A DNA stretch of 64,000 bases, taken from a virus (Duplodnaviria > Caudoviricetes). This document shows positions 8,666 through 18,078 of the stretch, one piece after another; positions within the stretch are counted from its first letter, which is position 1; each line of letters begins with the position of its first letter. The notes below the pieces were generated by a model. The model did no database searches, was not told the origin of the DNA, and was given only the letters and a program-made list of their open reading frames with translations. The stretch spans positions 11,331 through 75,330 of IMG/VR virus record IMGVR_UViG_3300011442_000009. One strand, given 5' to 3'. The position numbers were made by a program, and so were the translations under genes.

Positions 8666-8700
8666 GCCCCTGCAGTGAACCGCTGCAGGGGCTCTTTTCT
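8666..8700 (+). terminator. Intrinsic terminator
   Basis: 10-bp stem gcccctgcag/ctgcaggggc followed by tcttttct. Confidence 0.7.
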
Positions 8701-8719
8701 TATGAGATTTACTTGGAAG

Positions 8720-8754
8720 ATAGTTCTTGATTTGTTTAAACGACCTGCTAGTCT
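8720..8754 (+). promoter_or_regulatory. Putative early promoter: ATAGTTC-TTGATT-N16-TAGTCT with extended TG
   Basis: Shares ATAGTTCTTG with the sites at 129 and 18034; contains a GTTTAAAC palindrome in its spacer. Confidence 0.5.
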
Positions 8755-8764
8755 TGATTCAGAT

Positions 8765-8911
8765 ATGAACGTCAAATGCGACTGGGAAGTCCGGAAGGCG
8801 GAGGCAGACCACTACCGCTTTGTGCCCTGCGGATGCCCGGCCAAGGTCTGCACGACCGGCCCGAAGTGGCAGCTTGGAAAACCTCGCTGCCGGAAGCACA
8901 CCAAAAAGTAA
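8765..8911 (+). CDS. Small Cys-rich hypothetical protein (48 aa)
   Basis: ATG 10 nt after the putative -10; ends 3 nt before the next gene. Confidence 0.45.
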   Translation: MNVKCDWEVRKAEADHYRFVPCGCPAKVCTTGPKWQLGKPRCRKHTKK

Positions 8912-8914
8912 TTT

Positions 8915-9526
8915 ATGAACAAAAGCAAAAACGCAGTAATCACACGCGAGCAATGGCTGCAAAACGCCGTGGTCGCAATGGAGCCGCTCTTTAATCGAGT
9001 CGGCTATAAAATCCCGGCCGTCCGGGTCTCCTGTGGGTTCCCCTACGCCAGCAAGAACGCCATTGGCCAATGCTGGGACAAGTCTGCCGCGTCCGATAAG
9101 GTCGCGCAGCTATTCGTCTCTCCGCAGGTCAAGGACGAGCTCGCCCCGCAGGGGGTGCTGCCCATCCTCGTGCACGAAGTGGTGCACGGCGTCGTGGGCA
9201 ACGACCAGAAGCATAACAAGGTTTTCGGCAAGTGCGCTCGAGCCGTGGGGCTCGAAGGCAAATTGACTGAGACTGTCGCCAGTGCCGCCCTCATCGAGGA
9301 AATGAAGGGCTGGATGAAAAAGCTGGGAGAGTATCCTCACGCCACGCTGAACCCGGGCAAGCGTCCAACGAAGAAGCAGACCACGCGCATGATCAAGTGC
9401 GAGTGCAAGGAGTGCGGCTACGTGGTCCGGACGTCCGCCAAGTGGCTCGAGATCGGCGCTCCGATCTGTCCCTGCAACCAGCAGCCGATGTTCTTCAAAG
9501 GCTGCGAAGAGAAAGGCGACGAGTGA
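8915..9526 (+). CDS. SprT-like zinc metalloprotease with C-terminal zinc ribbon
   Basis: LVHEVVH (HExxH), downstream H...F, CxCxxC...CPC. Confidence 0.8.
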   Translation: MNKSKNAVITREQWLQNAVVAMEPLFNRVGYKIPAVRVSCGFPYASKNAIGQCWDKSAASDKVAQLFVSPQVKDELAPQGVLPILVHEVVHGVVGNDQKHNKVFGKCARAVGLEGKLTETVASAALIEEMKGWMKKLGEYPHATLNPGKRPTKKQTTRMIKCECKECGYVVRTSAKWLEIGAPICPCNQQPMFFKGCEEKGDE

Positions 9527-9744
9527 AAAAGTATCTCGTATTCATCCGAAGGAGTGACCCGCAGTCGCAACCGGCCTCTTGGGAATTCGCTACGCCGGAG
9601 GAAGTGGCAAAGTTTCTCGTGAACGAAGATCCGCATCGCGTATCTATCTTTATCCAAGTCGAGGGTTTGGACTTTACGAAGGGATCTGCCCGACTCGCGG
9701 GGCAACTTTTCGGCGTGGCGCTGGAAACTGATTTAAACCCATGA
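9523..9744 (+). CDS. Hypothetical protein (73 aa)
   Basis: GTGA overlap start; ATGA coupling downstream. Confidence 0.6.
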   Translation: MKKYLVFIRRSDPQSQPASWEFATPEEVAKFLVNEDPHRVSIFIQVEGLDFTKGSARLAGQLFGVALETDLNP

Positions 9745-10076
9745 ATGAAGCAACACTAAGATTCGTAAACGAATCCGCGATACGGGAGCACGCCTTGAAG
9801 TGCTCGAAACAGTTTCGCGCCGGAAAGTTCACACGGGTCGGCGAGGATTTCATGGATGAGGTAAAGGCCGACGTGGCTGCGTTTGTCCGGGATCTTAGGG
9901 TCCTGCGCAATAATACCACGGTGCATGAGCCCCTCGAACGCGGAGAGCTTCAGTTTGCCACCGGGGCGCTCATGGACGCCACTCAGGACGCTCTGAACCA
10001 ATATATCGGCCGGATAATCCAGAACAAGGTGCAGAAGCAGCCTAGCTGCGGCTGCACGCTCAGCAGGACCCGATAA
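9741..10076 (+). CDS. Hypothetical protein (111 aa)
   Basis: Coupled ORF. Confidence 0.7.
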   Translation: MNEATLRFVNESAIREHALKCSKQFRAGKFTRVGEDFMDEVKADVAAFVRDLRVLRNNTTVHEPLERGELQFATGALMDATQDALNQYIGRIIQNKVQKQPSCGCTLSRTR

Positions 10077-10086
10077 AACACCCTCC

Positions 10087-10128
10087 GGCCGGGCCTGAAA
10101 AAAGAACTTCAGGCCCGGCCCTTCTTCT
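10087..10128 (+). terminator. Hairpin, likely terminator overlapping a weak promoter
   Basis: 13-bp stem ggccgggcctgaa/ttcaggcccggcc then cttcttct; TG-C-TAGGGT follows. Confidence 0.55.
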
Positions 10129-10145
10129 GCTAGGGTGCTTCCACT

Positions 10146-10316
10146 ATGTTGAATCTATGCAGCGAATTACACAGCCCCGTGGTGCACGATACTCATCAAT
10201 GCCCAGTATGCGCAGCGATAGAGGAACGCGATGAAGTCTTGCGAAAGCTTGACGAAAAAACCCAAGAGGTGGTCGATCTGAACACCCAAATCTCGAACAT
10301 GCGAGGAACACTTTGA
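10146..10316 (+). CDS. Small protein with CPxC and coiled coil (56 aa; not in ORF track)
   Basis: MLNLCSELH...CPVC...; TTGA overlap with the polymerase start. Confidence 0.55.
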   Translation: MLNLCSELHSPVVHDTHQCPVCAAIEERDEVLRKLDEKTQEVVDLNTQISNMRGTL

Positions 10317-12292
10317 ACCCCATTGCAATCGACTTTGAAACCTTCTACTCCAAAAAACTCAAGTGCACGGTCTTCGGAAACCTTCCTGAGGAATATGTTT
10401 CGCATCCACTTTTTGACACCTACATGGTGTCCGTGTGTGATGGGAGTCAGGCATGGTCCGGACACCCGAAGGATTTTAATTGGAGTGCTCTGGAAGGGAA
10501 AACTTTACTCTCTCACAATCGGCGCTTCGATAATACGGTGCTGAATAAAGAGATCAAGGAAGGCCGCATTCCGAGGGTCAACTGGAAGGCGTGGCACTGC
10601 ACCGCGAACCTGACGAGCTACCTCTGCAACCGGCGCTCTCTCGACCAAGCAATCGAGAACCTCTACAAGATTAAAGTCGACAAGTCCGCTCGCTCAGACG
10701 CTAACGGTAAACGCTGGCCGCAGGATTTTACCGACGAAGAGCGCAAGCAGATGCTGGCCTACGCGAAGGATGACGCCATCATATGTCATAAGCTTTGGAT
10801 GGATTACTCTCACAAAATGCCGGAGATCGAGCACCGGCTGTCTGACCTGACAATCGAACAGGGCATGCGCGGGGTCCAGATTGACGTAGGTCGTTTAAAC
10901 GAATACCTCGTCCGCTCCCACGAAATGCTCGGGGAGACCACAAAGCTGATTCCTTGGATGCAAGATGACGCCTCGGACGACTGGGACGAGTTCAACCTTA
11001 CGCCCACCGCTACGTTCTGCATCGAAGAGCAATGCCGCCGGGCTGGGATCGTGCCGCCTCCGAAAAAGACCAAGGATGCCGAAGGTTACCTCGAATGGGA
11101 GGCTCTCCACGTCAAGAACCACCCTTGGATCACCGCAGTGAGCTCTTGGCGCTCCATTAATAAGCTTTACAAGACTTTCGTCCTCGTGAAGCGGCGGCTG
11201 GACGAGAACGACGTAATGCCGTTCTCATTAAAATATTTTGGTGCTCATACCGGCCGCTGGTCTGGCGACGCTCGCCTGAACATGCAAAATATGAGGAAGC
11301 TCCCGGTCGTCTGCAACGAGAACGGCCTGATGGAAACCAATGAGCGGAGGGTCTTGAACGCCATTGACACATTTGAACAGGACGGAGCCTTCCCTAGCTG
11401 GGTGCGCCACACGCTCGATTTTCGTGCTCTGATTATCCCTCGGCCCGGGAAGAAAATGATAGTGTCCGACCTGAGCCAGATCGAGCCTCGAGTGCTCGCG
11501 TGGGTTGCGGGAAATCAAAAGTTCCTCGAACTTGTTGCTCAGGGATATTCTCCCTACGAAGCGCACGCGAAGGCGTCCATGAAGTATACCGAGCCAACAC
11601 CTTTGAAAGATACCGACGCCGGAATGTATAAGCTGGCGAAGGCGCGCGTGCTCGGTCTGGGCTATGGCTGCGGCTGGGAAAAGTTCATCACGGTCGCCTA
11701 CGCCATGGCGCGTCTGGACATCACCAAGGATGACCCGGAGTTTATCGACGAAACGAACCCGTACACCGGCGTGGTGACCAAGGACTCTGGTTACGGAGCG
11801 GGGAGCAAGGCCATCGTGAAACAGTTTAGAGCGGATAACCCAGAGATCACCAACCTTTGGAAAAGCCTCGACGAGAAATTCAAAGGAAGTGTTGGGGAAG
11901 ACTTCAAGGTTACGCTACCTTCTGGGCGCGTGATGCGATACGAAGACGTGAGAGCGTCCCTTGCAATTGAACAGGACCGTGTGACTAAAAAGCCTACCAA
12001 GACTTGGAAGTTCACCGCGATGTCCGACGCCCGCCGGAAAGCATACTACGGCGGAAAACTCACCGAGAATATCGTTCAAGCGATAGCTAGGGACGTTTTC
12101 GGAGTGCACGTTATCCGCATGGAAGACCGCGGCTGGCGGAATCTTTTCTCCGCACACGACGAAGCCATTCTGGAAGTCGACCAGTCCGTTACTGCGAAGG
12201 ATGTCGAAAAAGAAATGGGCCACTGTCCGGAATGGTTGAAGGGTTGCCCAATCGCAGCGGAGGCGAAGGAAGTTAGTCATTACCTGAAATGA
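10313..12292 (+). CDS. polA: DNA polymerase family A with 3'-5' exonuclease, Leu762 type
   Basis: Exonuclease motifs IDFET, HNxxFD, YAxxD; TGRWS; motif A SDLSQIEPR; motif B KARVLGLGYG; motif C AHDE. Confidence 0.93.
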   Translation: MNPIAIDFETFYSKKLKCTVFGNLPEEYVSHPLFDTYMVSVCDGSQAWSGHPKDFNWSALEGKTLLSHNRRFDNTVLNKEIKEGRIPRVNWKAWHCTANLTSYLCNRRSLDQAIENLYKIKVDKSARSDANGKRWPQDFTDEERKQMLAYAKDDAIICHKLWMDYSHKMPEIEHRLSDLTIEQGMRGVQIDVGRLNEYLVRSHEMLGETTKLIPWMQDDASDDWDEFNLTPTATFCIEEQCRRAGIVPPPKKTKDAEGYLEWEALHVKNHPWITAVSSWRSINKLYKTFVLVKRRLDENDVMPFSLKYFGAHTGRWSGDARLNMQNMRKLPVVCNENGLMETNERRVLNAIDTFEQDGAFPSWVRHTLDFRALIIPRPGKKMIVSDLSQIEPRVLAWVAGNQKFLELVAQGYSPYEAHAKASMKYTEPTPLKDTDAGMYKLAKARVLGLGYGCGWEKFITVAYAMARLDITKDDPEFIDETNPYTGVVTKDSGYGAGSKAIVKQFRADNPEITNLWKSLDEKFKGSVGEDFKVTLPSGRVMRYEDVRASLAIEQDRVTKKPTKTWKFTAMSDARRKAYYGGKLTENIVQAIARDVFGVHVIRMEDRGWRNLFSAHDEAILEVDQSVTAKDVEKEMGHCPEWLKGCPIAAEAKEVSHYLK

Positions 12293-14454
12293 AAATATTC
12301 ACACTCAAGAATCTTACGGACCGCGCCGGTGCATTCGACCGGGTTCCGTGGGATTTTAAATTTGCGTCAGAGACAATCTCCGCGGAGGTGCGCAAGAATA
12401 AAGTAAAGCGGCAGGCGTGGTGCACAGACCCCTCAGTCGAGCATTGTTTCTACTCCGCGTTTATCGGCGTCGCTGAGAGCGGGCGCGTGAACAAGGAGAA
12501 CCCTCCGAAGCTCCTGTGGCTCTTCGTCGCGGACTACGACTGCGTGATTTCCGACGAGCGGATGAAGGAGGCAATCGAGCAGATGCCCATCAAGCCGACG
12601 TATATTGAAACCTCCATCGGAGGCAATCGCCGGTTGATTTGGGTTCTGGAAGAACCGATTTTGCTAGGCTCGAATGAGTTTGCGACTTTCCTCCTGCAGA
12701 AGGCTGAGACTTGGCTCCGGCTCAATCAGCTCCCCATGCTCGACCAACCGGCTTTCATCACCACTACCCGGCTGTTCTGCTGCGGTGACAAGTGGGAGCC
12801 CACCGGCTACGGCCCGGTGCCGCTCGCGAAGTCGCAAACATTTTTCTGCGACTGTGGGAAAGAGTATCGTTTCAGAAGTTACGATGAGATTTTGATTCCG
12901 CTGGACGTCGCTGCAGCAGAATTCGCGAAAAAGTATCCGGAGACTTTCTCGAAATGGCCCGGGGAATTCGTATTGGGAAGCCAAGGTCCCAGCTTCTGGG
13001 TGCCCGGCTCGGAGTCCGCTGGCTCTGCAATCGTAAAGACTGAGGGTATCTTCACGTTCGCAGCACACGCAGAGAAGGCGTTCTTTACTTGGGGTGACCT
13101 TCTCGGACAAGACTTCGTTAAACAATATCGCGACACCGCCATCGCCCGGGCCTCTCACGACATCTGGTGGGACAACCTGAAATTCCACCGCAAAATCGAT
13201 GGGGAGTATGTGTCGATGACGAAGGAAATTTTCGTGAACTATCTCCGGGTAGACTGCGGCCTCTCCGAGAAAGCGGACTCCTCCGGCACATCACCTATCG
13301 CCCAGACCATCCAGCACATCTACAATCACCAGAGGGTCGCCGGGGCAGCTCCGCACGTTCCGCTTCCTACCGGCATTATTTATTCTCAGGGAAAGCGCTG
13401 CTTGAACACTTACACCGGGCGCGTGGTGGAGCCCGCGACGGGAGTGCACCACTGGGGAGATCTGGGAATGTTCCCGTGGATCTCCAGAATGATCGACACA
13501 CTTTTATACCCAAAGCTGCAGAAAGAGTATCTGTTGGCGTGGTATAAGTACTACTATCAGGGCATGCGAAAAAAGCTATGCCGTCCCGGACAGATTCTGA
13601 TTATCCAAGGTCAGGCCGGTTGCGGAAAGTCACTGCTCAGTCGTGAGATCATCGGCCGGTCCGTCGGCGGGTTCTGCGATCCTTCCTCTTTCGTGCTTAA
13701 CGGCAGCAATTTCAACTCAGAGCTTTTCGAGATTCCGCACTGGGCGCTGGACGACGATGCCCCTAGCGCAAGTCAGCACGCCGCCGGAGGAGCTCACGCA
13801 ACGATGAAGAAACTCGTGGCGAATGACTTCTTCATGTATAGCAAGAAATACGAAGTCCCCAGCATGGTTCAGCGTGGCGGTCGGCTGATTGCTACGATTA
13901 ATCCCGACGTGATTAGCCTCAAGTTGATTCCCAGTCTGGACGATGGAATGCACCAAAAGTTTTCGCTGTTCCGTTGCGCAGACTTCGGTCCCGAAAAAGA
14001 CAACTTCACGTTCCCCATGGACCGCGAGGAGATCCAACGCATCATCGAAAGAGAGCTCCCGTATTTTCTGGCATGGCTCGAGGCGTGGGAAGTGCCGGAC
14101 CATATTTCCCGCGGCGACGGCCGCTTCGGTTTCGCAGCCTACCACGATCCCTCCATGGCAGAAACCTCTAAGCAAGCCGGTTCTGCTGCGCCGTTCAAAG
14201 AGATTTTGCTGGAGACCCTGATAGAGCACTTCCGGCAAAATCCGGAGGATACGACTTGGACAGGATCCTCCAACCGGGTCATGCACCTTTTGGAAAACGA
14301 TATCAGAAACCAGCTCGCGCTCCGCTCTTACAAACCCGAAAAAATCAATTCCAATCTCGAAACACTGTCGAAGGAAAATTTCCTCGGCCTAACAACCTCC
14401 TCAGATCCCAGCACCGGCATCCGCCTCTGGACCTTTAAAAAACCCACCGCATGA
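12289..14454 (+). CDS. Primase-helicase (AEP-like N-terminus plus D5/SF3-like helicase)
   Basis: VADYD and ETSIGGNxRLIW primase-like motifs; Walker A GQAGCGKS; FNSEL...DD; KKY/K motif. Confidence 0.85.
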   Translation: MKIFTLKNLTDRAGAFDRVPWDFKFASETISAEVRKNKVKRQAWCTDPSVEHCFYSAFIGVAESGRVNKENPPKLLWLFVADYDCVISDERMKEAIEQMPIKPTYIETSIGGNRRLIWVLEEPILLGSNEFATFLLQKAETWLRLNQLPMLDQPAFITTTRLFCCGDKWEPTGYGPVPLAKSQTFFCDCGKEYRFRSYDEILIPLDVAAAEFAKKYPETFSKWPGEFVLGSQGPSFWVPGSESAGSAIVKTEGIFTFAAHAEKAFFTWGDLLGQDFVKQYRDTAIARASHDIWWDNLKFHRKIDGEYVSMTKEIFVNYLRVDCGLSEKADSSGTSPIAQTIQHIYNHQRVAGAAPHVPLPTGIIYSQGKRCLNTYTGRVVEPATGVHHWGDLGMFPWISRMIDTLLYPKLQKEYLLAWYKYYYQGMRKKLCRPGQILIIQGQAGCGKSLLSREIIGRSVGGFCDPSSFVLNGSNFNSELFEIPHWALDDDAPSASQHAAGGAHATMKKLVANDFFMYSKKYEVPSMVQRGGRLIATINPDVISLKLIPSLDDGMHQKFSLFRCADFGPEKDNFTFPMDREEIQRIIERELPYFLAWLEAWEVPDHISRGDGRFGFAAYHDPSMAETSKQAGSAAPFKEILLETLIEHFRQNPEDTTWTGSSNRVMHLLENDIRNQLALRSYKPEKINSNLETLSKENFLGLTTSSDPSTGIRLWTFKKPTA

Positions 14455-15131
14455 GCACCATCTTTGACCAATTAGATTCCCGCGGTTTGACACAAAAAGA
14501 GACCGACATCGCCTCGCGCAAGGTCCGGTTCGGGAAACCGGCGGAGCGCGCGGAGGGCATCGAGTTTTTAGTCGTGCGCTCCCTCCGAGAGTCCGTGCTG
14601 CTCCTGCGCAAAATGAGCAAGGGGCGTCTGGATGACGGAGAGCTCATCAGCATCGCGTACAAAGCGCTCGAGAGATCTGCGCGCTCCTACAATCCCAGCA
14701 AGGGCAAGCGCTTTTTCTACTTCTCGAAAAAGGCCCTCCGAGGAGTCCTGATCGAACACTTCCGGGGCAACGAGGTAGTGAAGCACGCCGAAAAGCCTGC
14801 GGCGTCTTGGGAGGAGGCCGTATCCACTTCCCGGCCGCGGAAGAGCCATCCGGATCTCGAGGATCCGGAGACCACGAGCGAGCTCGAGGGCCGGAGCGAC
14901 GCAGACTTCTCGACGATCTATCAGAAGGAAGATTTCGAACAGGTGACGCGGGCAATGAAGTGTTTAAACCACTTCGAAAAAGCCATTGTGCTTTTCATCC
15001 GCGCTACTGGCTACTCCTTCCGGGAGACCGCCGAAGAATTCGGTTGCTCTCGCGCGTGGGTCGGACTTTGCTATAACCGGGCCATCGAAAAATTACGTGC
15101 CGTTTTGGTCCCGGGGCGCGATAGTATTTAG
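14451..15131 (+). CDS. RNA polymerase sigma-70 family factor (alternative sigma)
   Basis: Region 2-like AYKALERSARSYNPSKGKRFFYF; region 4 HTH YSFRETAEEFGCSRAWV...RAIEKLR. Confidence 0.8.
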   Translation: MSTIFDQLDSRGLTQKETDIASRKVRFGKPAERAEGIEFLVVRSLRESVLLLRKMSKGRLDDGELISIAYKALERSARSYNPSKGKRFFYFSKKALRGVLIEHFRGNEVVKHAEKPAASWEEAVSTSRPRKSHPDLEDPETTSELEGRSDADFSTIYQKEDFEQVTRAMKCLNHFEKAIVLFIRATGYSFRETAEEFGCSRAWVGLCYNRAIEKLRAVLVPGRDSI

Positions 15132-15739
15132 TGAAAATACTTGCGATAGATCTTGGTACCAACATGGGTTGGTGCCTCGGTGAACCCGGAAAGACTCCGA
15201 CCTATGGAACAGTTACCCTCGCAAAACCCAAAGAAATCGCAGAGTCCCGGGCATTCAGGGACAACCGACGGGAAGATCTCCGGATCCGACGACTCTGGAA
15301 ATGGGTCCGCGAGCTTGTCCTACGGGAGCAACCTAACATTGTCGTCTGGGAGGACGTCGAGTTTTCTACCTATACATATCAAGTGCAGCTCTGGTCTTCA
15401 CTGCGCACCGTCCTGCAATTGGGGGCACGTAGCGTTCACGACAGCAAGCAGCCGATGATTTTCGAATGCGTCCCCGTCGCCACCTTGAAAGTTTTTGCTG
15501 CGCATCACGGCGCAACCAAGGAGTCGATGAAAAAGGCGCTGAAGAAAAAACATTCAGAAATCGATATTAGTACTTCAGACGACAACGCGATTGATGCAAT
15601 ATGGCTCTACAAGTGGGCCGAGTTCCACATGGCTAGAATATTTAAACCTTATGAGCGAACCGCAGAGACCAGCAAAGCAACCAACGTCCCAACTGATCTT
15701 CCCCAATGCAGAGGCAACGACGACGAACCAACTGAATAA
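15131..15739 (+). CDS. RuvC-like Holliday junction resolvase
   Basis: ILAIDLGTNMGW, VVWED, DNAIDA acidic motifs. Confidence 0.8.
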   Translation: MKILAIDLGTNMGWCLGEPGKTPTYGTVTLAKPKEIAESRAFRDNRREDLRIRRLWKWVRELVLREQPNIVVWEDVEFSTYTYQVQLWSSLRTVLQLGARSVHDSKQPMIFECVPVATLKVFAAHHGATKESMKKALKKKHSEIDISTSDDNAIDAIWLYKWAEFHMARIFKPYERTAETSKATNVPTDLPQCRGNDDEPTE

Positions 15740-16358
15740 TCTGCTCTCCGTCGGAGCCTTTGCGTTGCACGCGCTGATACGCCCCGGGAATGGAGAGGTT
15801 CGGCCGGACTTTCCCAAGGAAGCCGAGATCGCCGCGGAAAATACCTTCATCAAAGTGCTAGAGACTTTCGACTCGATCCTCGAGGACCGAAGCCGGTGGA
15901 ATCTGGACACCCAGCGCCACCTCGCAAAACGATTCGAGGACGCGCACACTCTCAATCTGAAATACCTCGATGAGCAGGCCAAGTTCGCTGAGGAACTGAA
16001 CACCCCCCATTTTCGTTTCAAGCCAAGTCTGATGCGCCTAAAGGATGGGCGCTTTTTGGCGATCATCGGCAACGTCGATGATCTCGACAACGCGCTCATT
16101 GGAGTCGGAGAGACCGCTGCAGAAGCGCTCTCGCAATTCGACCAGATCTTTAACCGGGGACTCCCGGCGGTCTTGGCGGAGCACCTCGCGAAACGTGAAG
16201 CGGCCCTCGAGGCTGGGCACGCACCGGAATCTTTCCCCATAATCCAAAAACAAAACACAGATACAAAACATGAAGAACAAAAACCCGTGGTCGCCCGAAG
16301 AAACAAACAGACTCCTAAAGCTCCGAAGCGAAGGAAAAACCAATCAGGAAATAGCTGA
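15651..16358 (+). CDS. Hypothetical protein (235 aa)
   Basis: Long ORF; start chosen at ATG 15651. Confidence 0.65.
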   Translation: MSEPQRPAKQPTSQLIFPNAEATTTNQLNNLLSVGAFALHALIRPGNGEVRPDFPKEAEIAAENTFIKVLETFDSILEDRSRWNLDTQRHLAKRFEDAHTLNLKYLDEQAKFAEELNTPHFRFKPSLMRLKDGRFLAIIGNVDDLDNALIGVGETAAEALSQFDQIFNRGLPAVLAEHLAKREAALEAGHAPESFPIIQKQNTDTKHEEQKPVVARRNKQTPKAPKRRKNQSGNS

Positions 16359-17547
16359 GGCTCTCGGACGATCTTACCGGTCAGTCACTGGCAGGGTGCT
16401 GGGCCTTCCAAGCGCCGCACCGGCGACTCCCAAACCGTTGGAACACGAGCCCGACTACACGGCGGACCAAGAACGCGCCGCTGCGATGCACTGGCAGACC
16501 CGTTACAAACAACTCAAAGGCAAGTATGAAAAAATCCTCCATGAGAGCACTGTCATTGACTCTCTCGTTACTGATATCCGGAGCCTCGCTCCCACCAGCT
16601 ATTCCTCCGCACCGGCGGTTATCAAAAACCGCACCACGTCGGGAACTTCGCAGAGTGCCCTGCTACTGTTTTCCGACACCCACGTGGGGCAAACCATTTC
16701 GCCTGACCAGACTCTTGGCTTCGGGGAATATAATTTTTCGGTGTTCCTTTCTCGGCTCAAATACCTCGAAGAGTCGGTCATTTCCATACTTGAGAACCAT
16801 ACGACTACGAAGATCGACGAGCTCGTCATCGCAATGCTTGGAGATATGCTCCATGGAGCGCTTAACCACGGAGCAGAAGCAGACCAGCAGGTCACCCTCT
16901 TCGAACAGTATTACTCCGCCGGGCATGCTATCGCTCAGTTCTTCCGAAATCTCGCACCCCATGTTCCGGTCCTGAAAATTAAGACCGTCGTGGGAAACCA
17001 CACCCGGTGGATGAATCAGCACAAAATGCCGGCGGGGAATCGATTCTCCAATCTCGATATGTTCCTCTACGCCCTCACGGAGGCGCTCACGAGCGACATC
17101 AAAAACATCGAGTGGGACCTGAACAAGCAGCCCTTTTCGGTGTTCACAATTCAGGGGCATGTTATCCGCGCCAGCCACGGTGACCATCTCCGGGGAGGCG
17201 ATAAATCTTTAGGTATCCCGAATCACGCAATCGCCCGAGAGATCTCGGCGACGACACAATTATTCGCTAAGCACGGGCAGCAAGCACCGCATCTATACGT
17301 CTGCGGACACCTCCACAGGTCGATTCAACTCCCGCACGCGCTGGGAGAAGTAATTGTGAACGGCGGATTCCCGGGTCTAGACGGGTATGCGCTGGCCGGT
17401 AATTTCAACCCCATAGATCCTACGCAACGTCTGCTCTTCGTGCACCCGAAATACGGCCGGACTGCCGAGTATACCCTGTCTTTGAAGTTTGCTGAGAAAT
17501 TCGAGGAACCCCCCTACGCCATTCCGGGTAATTTTGCTGCGGCATGA
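16270..17547 (+). CDS. Calcineurin-like metallophosphoesterase with N-terminal HTH/Myb-like domain
   Basis: WSPEE...EIAEALGRS; SDTH, GDMLHG, GNH, HGD, GHLH motifs. Confidence 0.85.
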   Translation: MKNKNPWSPEETNRLLKLRSEGKTNQEIAEALGRSYRSVTGRVLGLPSAAPATPKPLEHEPDYTADQERAAAMHWQTRYKQLKGKYEKILHESTVIDSLVTDIRSLAPTSYSSAPAVIKNRTTSGTSQSALLLFSDTHVGQTISPDQTLGFGEYNFSVFLSRLKYLEESVISILENHTTTKIDELVIAMLGDMLHGALNHGAEADQQVTLFEQYYSAGHAIAQFFRNLAPHVPVLKIKTVVGNHTRWMNQHKMPAGNRFSNLDMFLYALTEALTSDIKNIEWDLNKQPFSVFTIQGHVIRASHGDHLRGGDKSLGIPNHAIAREISATTQLFAKHGQQAPHLYVCGHLHRSIQLPHALGEVIVNGGFPGLDGYALAGNFNPIDPTQRLLFVHPKYGRTAEYTLSLKFAEKFEEPPYAIPGNFAAA

Positions 17548-18062
17548 AAGAGATTCCGCTAACTCAAGGAAAAGTCGCATTAGTTGACGACGCTGATTTC
17601 GAGTTCCTCAATCAGTGGAAATGGTACGCCATGCTAAACAAACGGGTTTGGTATGCCGTACGAGACGTCCGGACTTCTGACGGGAGCCGGAGGCTCGAGC
17701 AGATGCACCAGATACTCATACCGTCGCCCCAAGTCGACCACCGAGATCACGACGGGTTAAATAATCAACGCGCCAATCTTCGAGCATGCTCGGTTCGCCA
17801 AAACGGGGCCAACAAACGGAGATGGTTATCAAAAACCACGAGCCGATTTAAAGGGGTATTTGAACGCAAAAACCGAAGAACTGGTGAGCCTAACGGTCAA
17901 TACCGGGCACAGATACGCGTCGACTATAAACTGCATAATCTGGGGACATTTGGCACGGAATATGAAGCTGCTCAGGTGTATGATGCCGCCGCAAAGGAGC
18001 ATTTTGGGGAATTCGCCCACCTCAATTTTCCTGAAAATAGTTCTTGCACTTTGACCGGCTAG
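17544..18062 (+). CDS. HNH endonuclease with AP2 DNA-binding domain
   Basis: VDHRDHDGLNNQRANLR; SRFKGV...YRAQI...LGTF...AAxxYDxAA. Confidence 0.9.
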   Translation: MKEIPLTQGKVALVDDADFEFLNQWKWYAMLNKRVWYAVRDVRTSDGSRRLEQMHQILIPSPQVDHRDHDGLNNQRANLRACSVRQNGANKRRWLSKTTSRFKGVFERKNRRTGEPNGQYRAQIRVDYKLHNLGTFGTEYEAAQVYDAAAKEHFGEFAHLNFPENSSCTLTG

Positions 18063-18072
18063 GCCCCATACT
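18034..18072 (+). promoter_or_regulatory. Putative sigma70-like promoter: AAAATAGTTC-TTGCAC-N17-CATACT
   Basis: Shares a 15-mer with position 129; ATG follows 6 nt after the -10. Confidence 0.6.
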
Positions 18073-18078
18073 GGGGGC

